Notes under the pieces: model-generated
The model's database searches: none
Told to the model about the DNA's origin: nothing
Seen by the model: the letters and a program-made list of their open reading frames with translations, nothing else
DNA from: Entomortierella parvispora E1425
Taxonomy: Eukaryota > Fungi > Mortierellomycota
Direction: 5' to 3'
Assembly: GCA_020891255.1 (NCBI GenBank)
Contig: BQFW01000001.1
Span: 1,426,001 to 1,490,000, forward strand
DNA length: 64,000 nt
In this document: one piece after another, positions 34,863-47,220 of the stretch
How positions within the stretch are numbered: the stretch's first letter is position 1
How the letters are laid out: each line of letters begins with the position of its first letter
Position numbers and translations under genes: made by a program

Positions 34863-35902
34863 AAGAGCGAGAACTTGCTTTGTCAATAAACAACCACCCA
34901 CACTACAAACAGCTTTTAGTTGTCAGATTTGGAAAGCCCTGGCATGTTCTTTTTTTCACTTGTCTTTTTATTTTTTTGTTTGATATGGGCAATAACGGTT
35001 CAGTGAACCAGCGAGGCTAAAAAAGGGGAGAGATTCCATCAACTTGGATCCTCTTGTTGTTTTTCAAAAAAAAAGGGTTTGCTGTTGCTTTCGATCAACC
35101 TCCTTGTTAAATAGGTCGAAGGACATTGTTCAAGTTTCCGCTTTGATCGTACTCGGTCTCGATTCCGTCGATGCACTTCCATTGGCCATCGACAATAAAC
35201 TTGAAGAGCTGTTCAGTGAAAGGTAAAAATGAGGAATTAGCGGGAAACAAACAGAGGAATGACCATCGACGTGCACCTTTTTTTTTTTTTTTTTTTTTTG
35301 CCATGTATTGTTTCTGTTTGTTATTATCCCTTCCTAGAAACATACCACTTTTTGAGTCCGATCCAGGTCAACGATGGATTCAAATCGACCTTGGTTTCCA
35401 GGAACTTTTTTCATGACAACCGATCCTAGCAAGAGATAAGGAGATAGAGGACGAGGGAGAAAGATCGTGGTGAGATCAACAACCGTGAACACAAGTGACG
35501 CTCGGATCACTTTTATCAAAGGGTCCAAAAAAAAAAGAGAAAAAAAAAACAATGGTGGGGACAGAGGCTTTGGCCGTGGGTGAACGGTGGAAAGGAGGAG
35601 GGGATCGACCTATCCTTTGCCACAAGCGGATTTTCAATGGTGCCCGCGTTCAAAAGGAATGTATCCTTCCCACCCCTCTCCCCCCTTCTCCTTCTCTCTA
35701 CTTTTTTTGGGTAATCGCACCGTCACCACAACAGTTGGAATACATCCGATCCTTATCATGCCCTGAACCTTTTGTGGTCTTTTTTTTCTTTCTCTTTGGT
35801 CCCATCTCAATCTTACCTGTCCAGTTATCAAAGGTTCCTGTGACCTTGACGACCCCACCGCCTTGCTTCCACTCGAACTATGTATGATACCATGATCGCC
35901 GA

Positions 35903-36428
35903 TCATTCAGGAGAAATCGGAGCAGAGATCTGTTAGTCGTTGCCTTTTTTTTTTGGATGCTCACAAATATCCAAGCTTCTTTGCGAACAAAAACCAGTGC
36001 ATTTTGCTATATAGCTGGGTTCAACACGCCTCGGAGCTTACAGTATGGGCCATCAGATGAGTCTTGCCGTCAGCTAGTCCGTTCTGGTCCTTGGTGTGCG
36101 CATGCGACAGATGCTTTGCAGGATGAGCAGCAGCATGTTCATTCTCGTAGTTGTGATGGGTCTCTGGAGGAGCGACGACGGAATGACCCATGACGGGCTT
36201 GTGGGTGCCACCAGCGTGCGAAGGCTTTTTGTGATGGGCCTTGTGTTGAGCGTTGTTGGGTGCTTGAGCAGGTGGAGGAGGGGCGGTGGTGGTCTTTGCG
36301 GAAGCACCTCCTCCGACGTGAGGCAGAGGCTGGCCTGGATGCCCGCCTTGAACGGCCTTGAGAGGGGTCGCAACGGGGACAGTGGCGGGCGCAGCAGCGG
36401 CGGTTGTCGAGGTCTTTGGCTTGGTCAT
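35903..36428 (-). CDS. Small His/Ala/Pro-rich, probably disordered protein (~137 aa; exons 36428-36042, 35929-35903)
   Basis: ATG after a pyrimidine-rich leader; donor GTAAGC at 36041; CTAACAG acceptor; phase 0 join gives ...LMAHT|ISAPISPE*. Confidence 0.6.
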
Positions 36429-36449
36429 GATGTCTTTTCTTGGTAAGAA

Positions 36450-38482
36450 GAGAAGAGGGTAGAAAGACGGGTCAAAGAGAGTGTGGGAAGAAAGAAGAAA
36501 GAGAGGAAAAGGACCCAAAATAAAAAAAGAGACAAAAAAGAGGAGGGTTTTAAAAAGGAGAGAGAAGACCTGATCCGAGCGCGCACTGCAAGGGACGTGA
36601 AGAGAAGAGCAAAAGCACGCACCCACACCTATGCAGACAAACAAGAAGGAAAGAAAAAAGAGCCAAGCGCAGACAGACAGACAGAGAGAAGAGGGAGACA
36701 AACACACAGACACACAAACGCACGCGATTGCACCCGATGACCCAAATTGGTGGCGTAAATCTCATTCTTCTCTCTCTCTTTTATTTCATGGACGAGAAAA
36801 AGAGGGGCATCTGTCTGTCTGCAGGCGGAGAAGAGAGAGAGGGGGGCTGGGGTATGTGTTGATGGATGGATGGATGGATGGATGCACACACACACAGACT
36901 GGCATACACACTGCACACACACACAGACAGGCAGAACAAACAGACAGACAGACAGCACAGACAGAGATAGAGACAGACTGGCGCCCTTTTTCCTTTCTTC
37001 GCACCCACGGCTGCTGGGTGGGGTGCTCCAACAATTGAATGAAGGCGGGGTTTCTGTGGGTACAGATCACTCTGATCGAGTGGCCGTGTTATTGGACAGA
37101 GGGCGAGATGGACAGTGAGCGGGAGTGGAAGTGAGAGAGAAGAAAAAAAAAGGCGGGGGGAGAAAGAGTCACTTTTGGCTGAGTGATTGACTGATTGACT
37201 GATTGACTGACAGACTGACGGACGGACTGACTGATGAGACGGACAGACTTTTTTTCTTTTTTGGCGCACTGCACCGACTGCTGCTGATCCAGGTGTCTGA
37301 CTTGCAAGTGAGAAGTGAGAAAGTGAAGTGAGAGACAGAGAAAAGGAACGAACAAAAAAGGGTTCGTTTCGTTCAATCACATCACAATCACCCATCTGGA
37401 CACATTGTTCATGCTTCATTTCTTCATTTCTTCATTCGCCCCACTTGTCACACTCCACCCTCTCACTCTCTCACTCCTTCACTCTCATTCTTCAATCTCT
37501 TGTCCATTGACGCCATCCCTCTCCCTCACTCCCTCACTCTTGGATCCCTTGCCTCCTCTCTTCCTCCACTCGTTGCTCGATCCACAATCACAACAAACAT
37601 CACTCAGCAACACAGAGCATAACATAACAACATAACAACAACAACAACTCATTAGGGGCGCACTCCTTCTTCACTCCTTCACGCCTTCCCTCCTTCACCC
37701 CCACTCCCTCCTACCCTACTCCCTCCTGGCCGTGTGCATGGTCCATTCCTCTGCCACAGGGTGAGTCAGTCAGTCTTTCTCCTTCTTCACTCAACTCATC
37801 AACACAGCCTGGCTGGGTCCCTTCTCCTCCTCCTCCTCCTCCTCGCCTCCCCTTCCCTTCCCTTCCCGCCCTGCTCTCAAAAAGTTTTTCTCTTCCCTGG
37901 CCTGGCCCTTCTTTTTCTTTGGACAGACACACACACACGCCCACACCCATACCCCTCTTCTCCTCTGCAAACTGCACCTGGCTGACCCTCAATCTTCGCT
38001 CTGATTCTTCATTCTTCTCCCTTCTCCTCTTCCTCCTCCTCCTCTGCCTCCTCCCTTGTTTGCAATCTCGATGCGTCCATCGCCCCTTTCCAGGTTGATC
38101 CAAGCACCGTAGAAAATTCCTAGCTTAACCCTTAGACCCGCTGCGCCGTCGACTTGCCCGTGGACAGTGATGGCAGTGAACATGGTATGTGTATATGTCC
38201 AGCTAGACCCTGTTTTACTTAGTGCGAAATGGAATAAAAACGAGACCATGGACACTCTAACGAACCTCCCCATTTCTAACCGCTCCTTCTCTTTCATACC
38301 TTTCCTTTCCTTCCTTCCTTCCTTCCTTCCTTCCTTCCTTCCTTCCTTCCTTCTCCCTTGTCCTCTCCTCCCCCTTCTCTCATTATTGCCATCCTCGTGT
38401 GCCTGCTTCCATTCAATCCCCCCCTGCCCCTCTTCAAACCCCCTTGCATCCCCCCCTTCCTCTCTCTCTCTCTCTCTCTCTC
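36450..38482. repeat. Microsatellite-dense divergent intergenic/UTR region
   Basis: (GACA)n, (CA)n, (GATG)n ~36860, (GATT/GACT)n ~37180-37235, (CAA)n ~37620, (CCT)n, (CCTT)n 38309-38352, (CT)n 38460-38482. Confidence 0.85.
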
Positions 38483-41400
38483 ATCCGATCCTGCAGGGTG
38501 AGAGCTGTGGGTCCCCGTCTGAATTCGACCAGTACTCGCACTTTGCACCCCAGTCGCCTCAATTCGACGTAGGTTCCCCTTGCATGGTTCTTTTTCATTG
38601 CTTACCCGTTCCAGCTTCAATGTTCGATGGAAAGAGCCGCTACTGGGGCGCTCTTTTTTTTCGGGCCGCCTCCTTCCCCTCGACCTACATACAGTCTGCG
38701 CTTTTTAATTGTTGTTGCAGACTGGCGTGCTGTCCTGTCTCCTTCGCGGTATTTTTAACCGCCTGCCCATGGACACCCGGGATAGAGGCAGAACAGGTCC
38801 TGGACCAGGAGGCAGGCACAGGAGCGCAGGATGGACGAATGGATCAACAAAATCTCGCTTGTTTGACACACTCCCTCTCTCTTGTTTCGTCTCAAGAGGC
38901 GCTGCTATCTTAACCAATTGCGCCCACGATCGGAACCTTGCCTTTACTGACAACGTTCTTTTGCAACTGCCCACTCTCCCCCGTTCTTTCTGGCGCCTAG
39001 TTCACCTTTCTGTCATCACATGACGGCTCAAAGGACCACCATGTAAGTTGCACTCGATCATTGGTCACCCCCTTTGCTTTCCCCCCTGTCTGTTCACGGT
39101 CTTTGCGCACGATACATTATTGTTGTCGGCTACTCTTTGTTCCACCCAAAAAAAAAACAAAACATTGCCTGACATTCCATCATTATTTATCTAATAGGTG
39201 CCAGCCATCTTCACCGCCAATTTCCCAGAAGACATGCCCTCGCTAGGCCTCACAGGCGAAACCAACATGGACGATTCAAACATGGACGACTCAAACATGG
39301 ACGATATGCTACAAGTCGATGACCAGATCATGCCACGAAAGAGATTCTGTGGCGAGCGAATTGTCTGGACTCCAGAAGAAGATGAACACCTACGGGCAGC
39401 TGTGCAGAAATATGGCGACAAGACTGAAAAATGGGCAGTCATCGCAGCTTGCGTACCCGGCAGGACCAACAAAAACTGCAGAAAGAGATGGTTCCACTCT
39501 CTCGACCCCAGCTTAAAGAAGGGCTCCTGGACAGAGGAAGAGGACCACCTGCTGAGGACAGGCGTTCAGAGCTTCAAGGGCCAGTGGAGCAAGATTGCAG
39601 AGCGTATCAAAGGCCGAACGGACGATCAATGTGCAAAGCGGTGGCGCGAAAGTCTGGACCCACATATCGATCGGGCAGCCTGGACACCCGAGGATGATGT
39701 CGTGCTGCTGCAGAAATTTGAAGAATACGGAAGTCAATGGCAAAAGATTGCCCTCTCCTTCCCAGGGAGACCTGGACTGCATTGCCGGAACCGTTGGCGA
39801 AAGATCCAGAGAAGTCTTAATCATATGCACCGGGCCAGCAAGCGGCGGCGGAACCAACTACAAAAGCACAAAGACACTACCACACTAGCAGTAGAAGCAC
39901 AGGTAGACGAGGACATCGCAGCAGGAGTGTCGGCGCAAGTACAAGGGCATTCTCCACACGAGGATGAATTTGGCGGTCTTGACGACAGTGGCGACTCTGC
40001 AAACACGGACCAGGACAAGGACGACGGAAAGGTCGAGTCGAACCCAGACGAGGAAAAGCCATACGGATGCGCAGTTCCCATGTGCACATTCGAGAGCTCT
40101 TCGCCCTCTTTGCTCTTTTATCATTTCAAGGCCTCTCACCACGGAAGCACCATTCAGAAGCCATTCAGATGTACCATGCCTGCCTGTGTAGACCGCAAGC
40201 GGTACAAGAACATCAACGGACTTCAATACCACATCACCCACGCAAAGAATACGCCCGGCCATGGCGGGAGCAGCCACTTGGAGAACGGACAGGCACCAGC
40301 TGCTACTTCGGTACCGGCCACTAATACTCACCCCACGCCAGCCTCCCTCTCTCAGCAGTCTTCTTCCGCTACTTCAACCCTTCATACCCAAACTGTCACT
40401 GCCGCCATCTCCTCAACGTCTCCGGTACCGCTCACTCAACCCACCACCGTCGCCTTGGACCCCACGGTGGCATCACGGGCGTTTACAGGAGTTTTTACCG
40501 ATATCTCGGAGGCGGGTCCCAGCTTGGCTCTTGCACCCACCCCAGCTGAAATCCAACTCCAGATCCAACCTCAACGGCCTCACCAACCCTCAGTGTCACA
40601 CCAGGCTTTCAATATTCCTCATACCCCAGAACCTATGGATGGCTTGTCGTCGCCCATGTCCATGGATATCACTATGGGCCAGCCTCAGGTCGCCTTGTTC
40701 CAGTGCCCCGAGCTTGGTTGTGGACAAACGTTCCATGTCATTGCAGGCCTGAATGCCCATATGGCCAACAACCATGGACATCGTTCCATGACCATGAAGA
40801 GCGGCAACAACCACTTGGCCTTTGGCTCTGGATCCATCTCGATCCCTGAAAACGACTATGACGACATGGAAATGGATCTCGCCTATCTCGCCTCCGAGAG
40901 CTCCTCGCCCATGGACATGGAGGGTCATATTCTCTTGGATGACGCAGAACTGCAGGCTCAGCTGGAGAGTATGGCCCAGGAACATGGGGCGCTGAGCATG
41001 GATCCCAACACTGCAGGCAACGCGCAGGCAATGAGCATCCTCTCTATGAACGAGCTACTCTTTGCGAACCACATTTCAAACACGCTCGGCAGTAACCGAA
41101 TTCATTTCGGATCTCATATCAATGTTAGCGCAGACGAGCCAAACTCGACCTTGCCCTCGACCCCGGCACCCTCTACCAATGTCAGCCCAAGGATGACGAC
41201 TCTCAAGATCTCTTCTCCCACCACCCCCATCCCAGGAGCACCGGCGCCGATCGGACCAGTAGCTGCACTGGGTTCTGCCAAAACCCCGGTTGTCAAAAAG
41301 TTTCCTTGCACAGCAGTCGGATGTCCAAAGTCGTACGCGAACAACAGTACCCTTCGAGCCCATATGCGGAACGACCATCCAGATCTCTATGCCAAGCTTT

Positions 41401-41921
41401 TCAAACCCAACCACTCTGCTGCTGCCACAACACCGATCCCGTCTTCGCCCTCAGTGACTCTCCCGACCAATGTGGAGTTGATGATTTCTCAGAGTTTGAA
41501 CGATGGCAGCTTGGCCACCGAGATGGCAAGGAGTGATTCATCCACTGGATTACTCCCAAACTCTCCCATGGATATCAGCTACCATATGAACCAAGCTTTG
41601 ACGACGAGTGGCTTTACTCCCTCTGGACCTTCAGGGATTGCAGGACCAGGGGCAGGCTCTGTTCCAAAGAGCAAGGCTCCCAGGCAGTCCAAGAAAGCAG
41701 CGGCAGCAGCCACAGCAGCGGCGGCAGAATCAACCTTGATGGCGACAGGCGCTCTCACCCCCTCGTTTGGAGCCAATAGATCAGCAGCAGAAGCGTCAGT
41801 GTCGGATGAGGCCATGCCCTACAAGTGTCTTGTTCCAGGATGCGGAAAGGGATACACCAACATTAGCGGACTCAAGAACCATCTCCTGGGAGCACACGGA
41901 TCCACCCCCCGGAAGGCTTGA
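38170..41921 (+). CDS. 3R-Myb plus five C2H2 zinc-finger transcription factor; main exon 39198-41921, putative phase-0 micro-exons 38170-38184, 38497-38568, 39001-39042
   Basis: Three Myb repeats (WTPEED...CRKRW; WTEEED...CAKRW; WTPEDD...CRNRW). C2H2 fingers YGCAVPMC..H..H, FRCTMPAC..YKNINGLQYH (Sfp1-like), FQCPELGC, FPCTAVGC, YKCLVPGC. The upstream micro-exons are inferred from splice signals only (confidence lower than the main exon). Confidence 0.88.
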
Positions 41922-42295
41922 CACTCGGCACGACCCGTTGGATCCTCACACAATAGAGGACTTGACCTTTGCTTCCCCCCATCACTGTCGACTGTGCTTA
42001 GCTGGACCCTTGTAGTAGCGCCCTTTCGGACTATTTGGATCGACCTCTTCAGATTCATCCACATTCATAGCAATATTCTTCTTTTGTAGCGACATTTCCT
42101 CTTTCCCTACAATCGCAGCCATGGTAAACTTGTACATTTATGATAAAAAAAAATAAAATAAAAAGAACCCCTGTACGCCTGGCCATGGCTCGTGCGGGTA
42201 CACTTCACTTTTTTGTCCCAAAGCGATGGTGGAGCTGCAAACCCCCCTGTCAGGACCCAAATAATTTCGTCCGCTTTTTCTTTCTTTGTGTGGTC

Positions 42296-42738
42296 TCTCT
42301 CCGCTTCTCCACATGGTGTCCGTGGATCAGACTCTTTTTAGTTTGGTTTTTTTATTGGGATCGCCCTACTGGTGACAATGAATCAATATTGTTATTTCCC
42401 ATGCATTCAGCGACCGTGATTTTTATCTGAGTAAGGTTGCAGTCGACTTAAAGAGTTCCACGCCCTGGAGGAATGACTATAGAGCTATATTCTTGAAAAG
42501 CTTCTCCAAGAGTTCCTCAAAGGTGATATGTAGAACATCTGGGAACTTTTCAACCCACTCGCGGTGCGCGTGTTTGCCAGGACAGCCACACATGTAGATA
42601 ATGTGGAATCCAGGAACAGGGACACCGCCCTTCGTCACCACAAACTTGCTGTTCGCCATACTGGCCGAGTGACCAGCGCCATACTGGCCGAGTGACCAGC
42701 GCCATACAGATCGTCCAGGTAACGTTCAATCTGATTCG
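42296..42738. repeat. Left arm of a ~440-bp inverted repeat (CRN1 3' end plus downstream flank)
   Basis: Its reverse complement matches 45650-46070 closely (e.g. AGTCATTCCTCCAGGGCGTGGAACTCTTTAAGTCGACTGCAACC). Confidence 0.92.
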
Positions 42739-45057
42739 TACCCTTCTTATCCCTGTCGTCAAAGGCATGCCTGATGTCCACCGAGCCGTCGTTGTGTGCT
42801 CCAAAGTCGCTGACGGAAACTTGGATGAACATGGGTCCAAGCATGAGATCAAATCGAGGATATGTTTTGTAACCACGGGTCAGAACACTCTCGTGACCAG
42901 ATCCAAGAGAAATCTGGCGATCGCGGAGGGTATCGTGATGGATAAAATCCAGTGAAACGGTCGTTGGATTCTTGTTGTTGAGATCCGTCGCGTGGAGCAT
43001 AATTGGTTTGGGGGTGTAAATGAGCTGTTGCCATAGGGCTTTCTCAAAATCGTCCCCGTCGATACTGTGTCCGACAATTCGTTTCTTGGTCTCCTCGGAG
43101 AGTGGAAGCCCGTTGAACAGCTCTAGAAGAGCATGCTGGGCAGGGCGACATAAAATGTGGTGTTGAGTATTGTTCATCGTGACATCCTTGCTACGATAAA
43201 TGAGACCCAGATCGACAAAGTCCCATTCGAAATCCACCGCGCTTATGCTGCCCAGAAACGTTTGTAGGAGGGCTCTATAGAATAGTTCCTTGCTATATTG
43301 ACTGCGACTTGTGTAGTACTTGTTGGCGGTCAAGTAGAATTCCGTGGTTCGGCGATTCATCCACCTTTGAAGGTCGTCCACAGAGATCGGATCTGGCAAA
43401 TCCTTAACAAAGACCGATAGCCTCACAAGCTCCCGTGGGACACAGTTCGTGAATTCGATAACTTTTTCTTTGATGGCCTGAGTGCTCAGGCGAGGGTACG
43501 ACTCCAGCAGCTTCGAGAACACATTCGTCGACAGAGGGCCCACAAAAACCACCGCATTTTCCCGATAACCGTCTTCCATGATTTCCATTTCGTATTTGGA
43601 GTACGCCGTTCCAGAGAAAATCAAATGAGACCCTTTACAGTCTTCCCCCCACATGCCGTACGACGATAGATGTTGCAGCGACTTGAAGCGGTCCGGCACA
43701 TACGGTTCTTCTTTGAACAACTTGCCATGCTCGTCCACAAGCAGCAGGGTCTTACGATCGCGAGACATGAGTAGGTACCGAAAGATTTTATAAGCGGCAA
43801 TCGTTGAAACGGCGTCGCTGCCGTCGTAGTCGTTGACAAGCATCTCCAACTCGGCGCCGGTCAAAATATCTTTGTTGAAGGCTAGGAATCGCTTCACTAT
43901 CTGGAGCGTAGACAGGTCCTCACTCTTCGTGTTCAATACTCCCGCATCCGAAATGTAGAGGACGAGCCATCCTTCAGCATAGGCCCGCGCTGCAAGAAAA
44001 TAGGAGAGGTACGACTTGCCAACGCCCATCGGTCCGGACAGGACACGTCTGTACGTCCATAGTTGATCGCCACGCATATCTTTCCATAACTCCAGCATTT
44101 GTTCCGTCACAAAGAGTTGGCGACCTTGGCAGTGCCGTCCAAACTCCTTGGGGAATTGCCCCAGACTCGGCATGTTGATCACGTCGCCAGCTTGAAGGTT
44201 GTCCTTGAGACGATTTTTGAATACTTCCCGCGCATCGGGCTGAAGCCCAACCCCCTTCAGATAGTCGATCCAAGAAGGAGGCAAATCGACAACCTTTCCA
44301 TCCGAAGCCGTAAATTGTTTCCAGTCTTCGGTCGTACGGATTTTTTTGGCTTTCGGCAAATCCTCGAGTTCTAAGTAGTTAAAACGTTAGATACAGCGGC
44401 AAAGTGGACCGAAATAATATATACGATAGCGTCTAGTGGAATTCTCACCATCGGAAGCCAACCTCTTCAGAGAAATGTTATCGCTGGCAATTAAAGACTG
44501 GGCTTGGTAAAAAATATCTGTATTAGGGATGAGAAGGTCATGCACAATCTCAAGAAAAATAAATTCGGTAGTGGAGTTCTCACCAGGAAGCAGATGAGCT
44601 CGTTCTTGAACAATAGGATAAATGTCTGGGTTGGCTGTAACAAGAGATTAAATGAAATTAGAACAATGAGGCGAGATGAGCAGCTTCACAAGCATGCATA
44701 CTTAATCCACAGCAAGGCTGCATTACCTGACTGTGGTGGCTGGACGATAACGTGAATGGTGTCCTCCGCCAACTCAGTGCCAAAGATTTTGTAAAGCTTT
44801 GTTGTCGCCTTGAGTTGCTCTTTGTCGGTCTCGAGCATGTTACCAATGTCGATGTTCATCTTATCCCCATGAAAAGGAATCGAGACAGACCAAAGGGTGA
44901 GGTCCCTAGCCTCAACACCTTTGAGGGTGTCAGAAATTTCGACTTTGATGGCTCTCTTAAGGTCATGGACCGTCTCCGAGGAGTGAGCGTCGACGGAGAA
45001 AGGGTTGGCAGTTTCTTTATCAACAACGCAGAACGGTCTCAAGAGCTTCTCGGTCAT
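42477..45057 (-). CDS. Crinkler-type protein CRN1 (Ubl header - P-loop NTPase - REase-like); exons 45057-44727 and 44370 onward; frameshifted near the C-terminus
   Basis: Header PFCVVD..VHDLKRAIK..LTLWSVSIP..IHVIVQPP (HVLVxxP equivalent); phase-1 splice to ELEDLPKAKK; Walker A LSGPMGVGKS; Walker B LLLVDEH; PRFDLMLGPMFIQVSVS. A 23-bp tandem duplication at 42661-42706 shifts the last ~60 codons, so the stop comes at 42635 rather than 42477. Confidence 0.85.
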
Positions 45058-45157
45058 TGTAGAAGAGGTCGGGCGCGAGGTGAAGGCGAAGGTTGAGGAG
45101 GCTGAAAAAATATAATTGCCAAAGCGAGTCACATTATGTCGCCTCTTTCGCATCCCA

Positions 45158-45885
45158 AAGCTCATCGCCCATGGATATGGAAAGCCATTTTCTTTTGGAT
45201 GACGCGAAGCTGCAGGCTCGCAGGCTCAGCTGGAGAGCATGGCCCAGGAGCATGGGGCGCTGAGCATGGATCCCAACACTGCAGGCAACGCGCAGGCAAT
45301 GAGCATCCTTTCTATGAACGAGCTACTCTTTGCGAACCACATTTCAAACACGCTCGGCAGTAACCGAATTCATTTCGGATCTCATATCAACGTTAGCGCA
45401 GACGAGCCAAACTCGACCTTGCCCTCGACCCCAGCACCCTCTACCAATGTCAGCCCAAGGATGACGACTCTCAAGATCTCTTCTCCCACCACCCCCATCC
45501 CAGGAGCACCGGCGCCGATCGGACCAGTTGCTGCACTGGGTTCTGCCAAAACCCCGGTTGTCAAAAAGTTTCCTTGCACAGCGGTCGGATGTCCAAAGTA
45601 GTACGCGAACAACAGTACCCTTCGAGCCCATATGCGGAACGACCATCCAGATCAGATTGAACGTTACCTGGACGATCTGTATGGCGCTGGTCACTCGGCC
45701 AGTATGGCGAACAGCAAGTTTGTGGTGACGAAGGGCGGTGTCCCTGTTCCTGGATTCCACATTATCTACATGTGTGGCTGTCCTGGCAAACACGCGCACC
45801 GCTGAGTGGGTTGAAAAGTTCCCAGATGTTCTACATATCACCTTTGAGGAACTCTTGGAGAAGCTTTTCAAGAATATAGCTCTAT
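45158..45885 (+). pseudogene. Chimeric pseudogene: duplicated Myb-gene segment (source ~40898-41395) fused to an inverted copy of the CRN1 3' end
   Basis: Near-identical to Myb MAQEHGAL...GCPK with a TCG>TAG stop at 45599-45601 and an 8-bp GCAGGCTC duplication at ~45212-45227; junction ...CATCCAG-ATC-AGATTGAACG; extra T (CACCGCTGAG) in the CRN part. Confidence 0.9.
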
Positions 45886-46070
45886 AGTCATTCCTCCAGG
45901 GCGTGGAACTCTTTAAGTCGACTGCAACCCTACTCAGATAAAAATGACGGTCGCTGAATGCATGGGAAATAACAATATTGATTCATTGTCACCAATAGGG
46001 CGATCCCAATAAAAAAAAGCAAATGAAAAAGAGTCTGATCCTCGGACCCACCATGTGGAGAAGCGGAGAG
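45650..46070. repeat. Right arm of the ~440-bp inverted repeat
   Basis: See left arm; lacks the 23-bp duplication. Confidence 0.92.
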
Positions 46071-46099
46071 GCAGAGAGCAATGGGAGGAGTGGTGGCAA

Positions 46100-47150
46100 G
46101 GAAAGGGAGGAGTGGTGGTGAAGAGAATGAGAAAAAGAGGATCGAAAAACTGCGCCAGAGCCAAAGGACGCCTGTGCTTGTTGCGCCTGTTGGTGCAATG
46201 CAACTTCTTTATTTGGGTAGGTCGTTCTCAATAGGCTGCTGGATACGCGAGTGCCGTTCATCCTTTCAAGGACCTCCAGGCACTTTTGGAAACGAGATGC
46301 CGTTCAAGGTCTCGGTCGCCGTCTTCTTGGTATTCTTCTTGACCTCTGTCCACCTCAAGAAAAAAATGTCCCGATGCAGGACCCAGTACTCTGGCTTCTT
46401 TCTCGCCTCTGCCTGCCGCCTCTCCAGTTCCTGAGCCTGTATCCGAGCTTTTGTTGCTTTTTCGTCGTTGATAAAAGAGTCGACAGAGCTGGCTGTCTTG
46501 GAGGCGACGGATCCCAATCCTGAAAAGACTGCAGATCGCAGTTCGGCTGCAAACATTGAGAACCTCAGCTGTGGGCGCACCACACAAAACCATCAAAGCA
46601 ATTTTTTTTATTGGAGACCAAACCAAAACAAAAAGCAGCCAGAGGGCTGGATGGCACCACAAGTCTTAAAATCAACGAGCAGGAAAAAAAAATTAGAAAG
46701 ACTGAACAAAGGACAAGTGGGCCACCTTGCGCACTCTTTCAACTGTCTGACTGGCCTCTTTTGGGGGACTTTATCGAGATTTTTCATTGTCACTGTCTTC
46801 ATTGCCTTCAGAGCCTTTACAACGCCACCATTCGCGTCACTCGGAGCTATTGTCACTCGAAATGATTGCCATAGCTCCCCTAATGCCATTCATCTCGTTT
46901 TGCATAGGACTGGAGATGGCTCCTGTCCTGGGAATTGCCGACCTTGATGCCGCTGTTGTAAGCCGTGCCAGAGTGCGTTTGCATTTTTCTCGTGGGCCAC
47001 TCAATTTGGCCCAGCACGGACTGTTGCTTCGGCTTCCCGAGTGTTCCCGTCGAAACTGATGAAGTGCTTTTCTTTTTGGAGTCCTTTCTTTTTTTTTTTT
47101 TTTTTTTTTGTTTTGTTTTGTTTTGTTTTGTTTTGAAGCCTCACTGCCAT
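46100..47150 (-). pseudogene. Unidentified degraded or spliced coding remnant between CRN1 and CRN2
   Basis: An acceptor (CCCACAG) precedes a protein-like exon LRFSMFAAELRSAVFSGLGSVASK...KKPEYWVLHRDIFFLRWTEVKK...PGGP*; upstream frames contain stops. Confidence 0.3.
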
Positions 47151-47220
47151 GCGCTTTCATGGGTATAGAACTGTCATTTTTTTCGCTCTTTCTCCAATGT
47201 CGCCAGTGCTGTGCTTGCAT

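Noticed and set aside
42296-46070. Inverted repeats as TIRs of an intact DNA transposon carrying CRN1
   Set aside because: The left arm contains CRN1 coding sequence, no target-site duplication or DDE transposase was seen, and the junction looks like a template switch; reported as a rearrangement instead.
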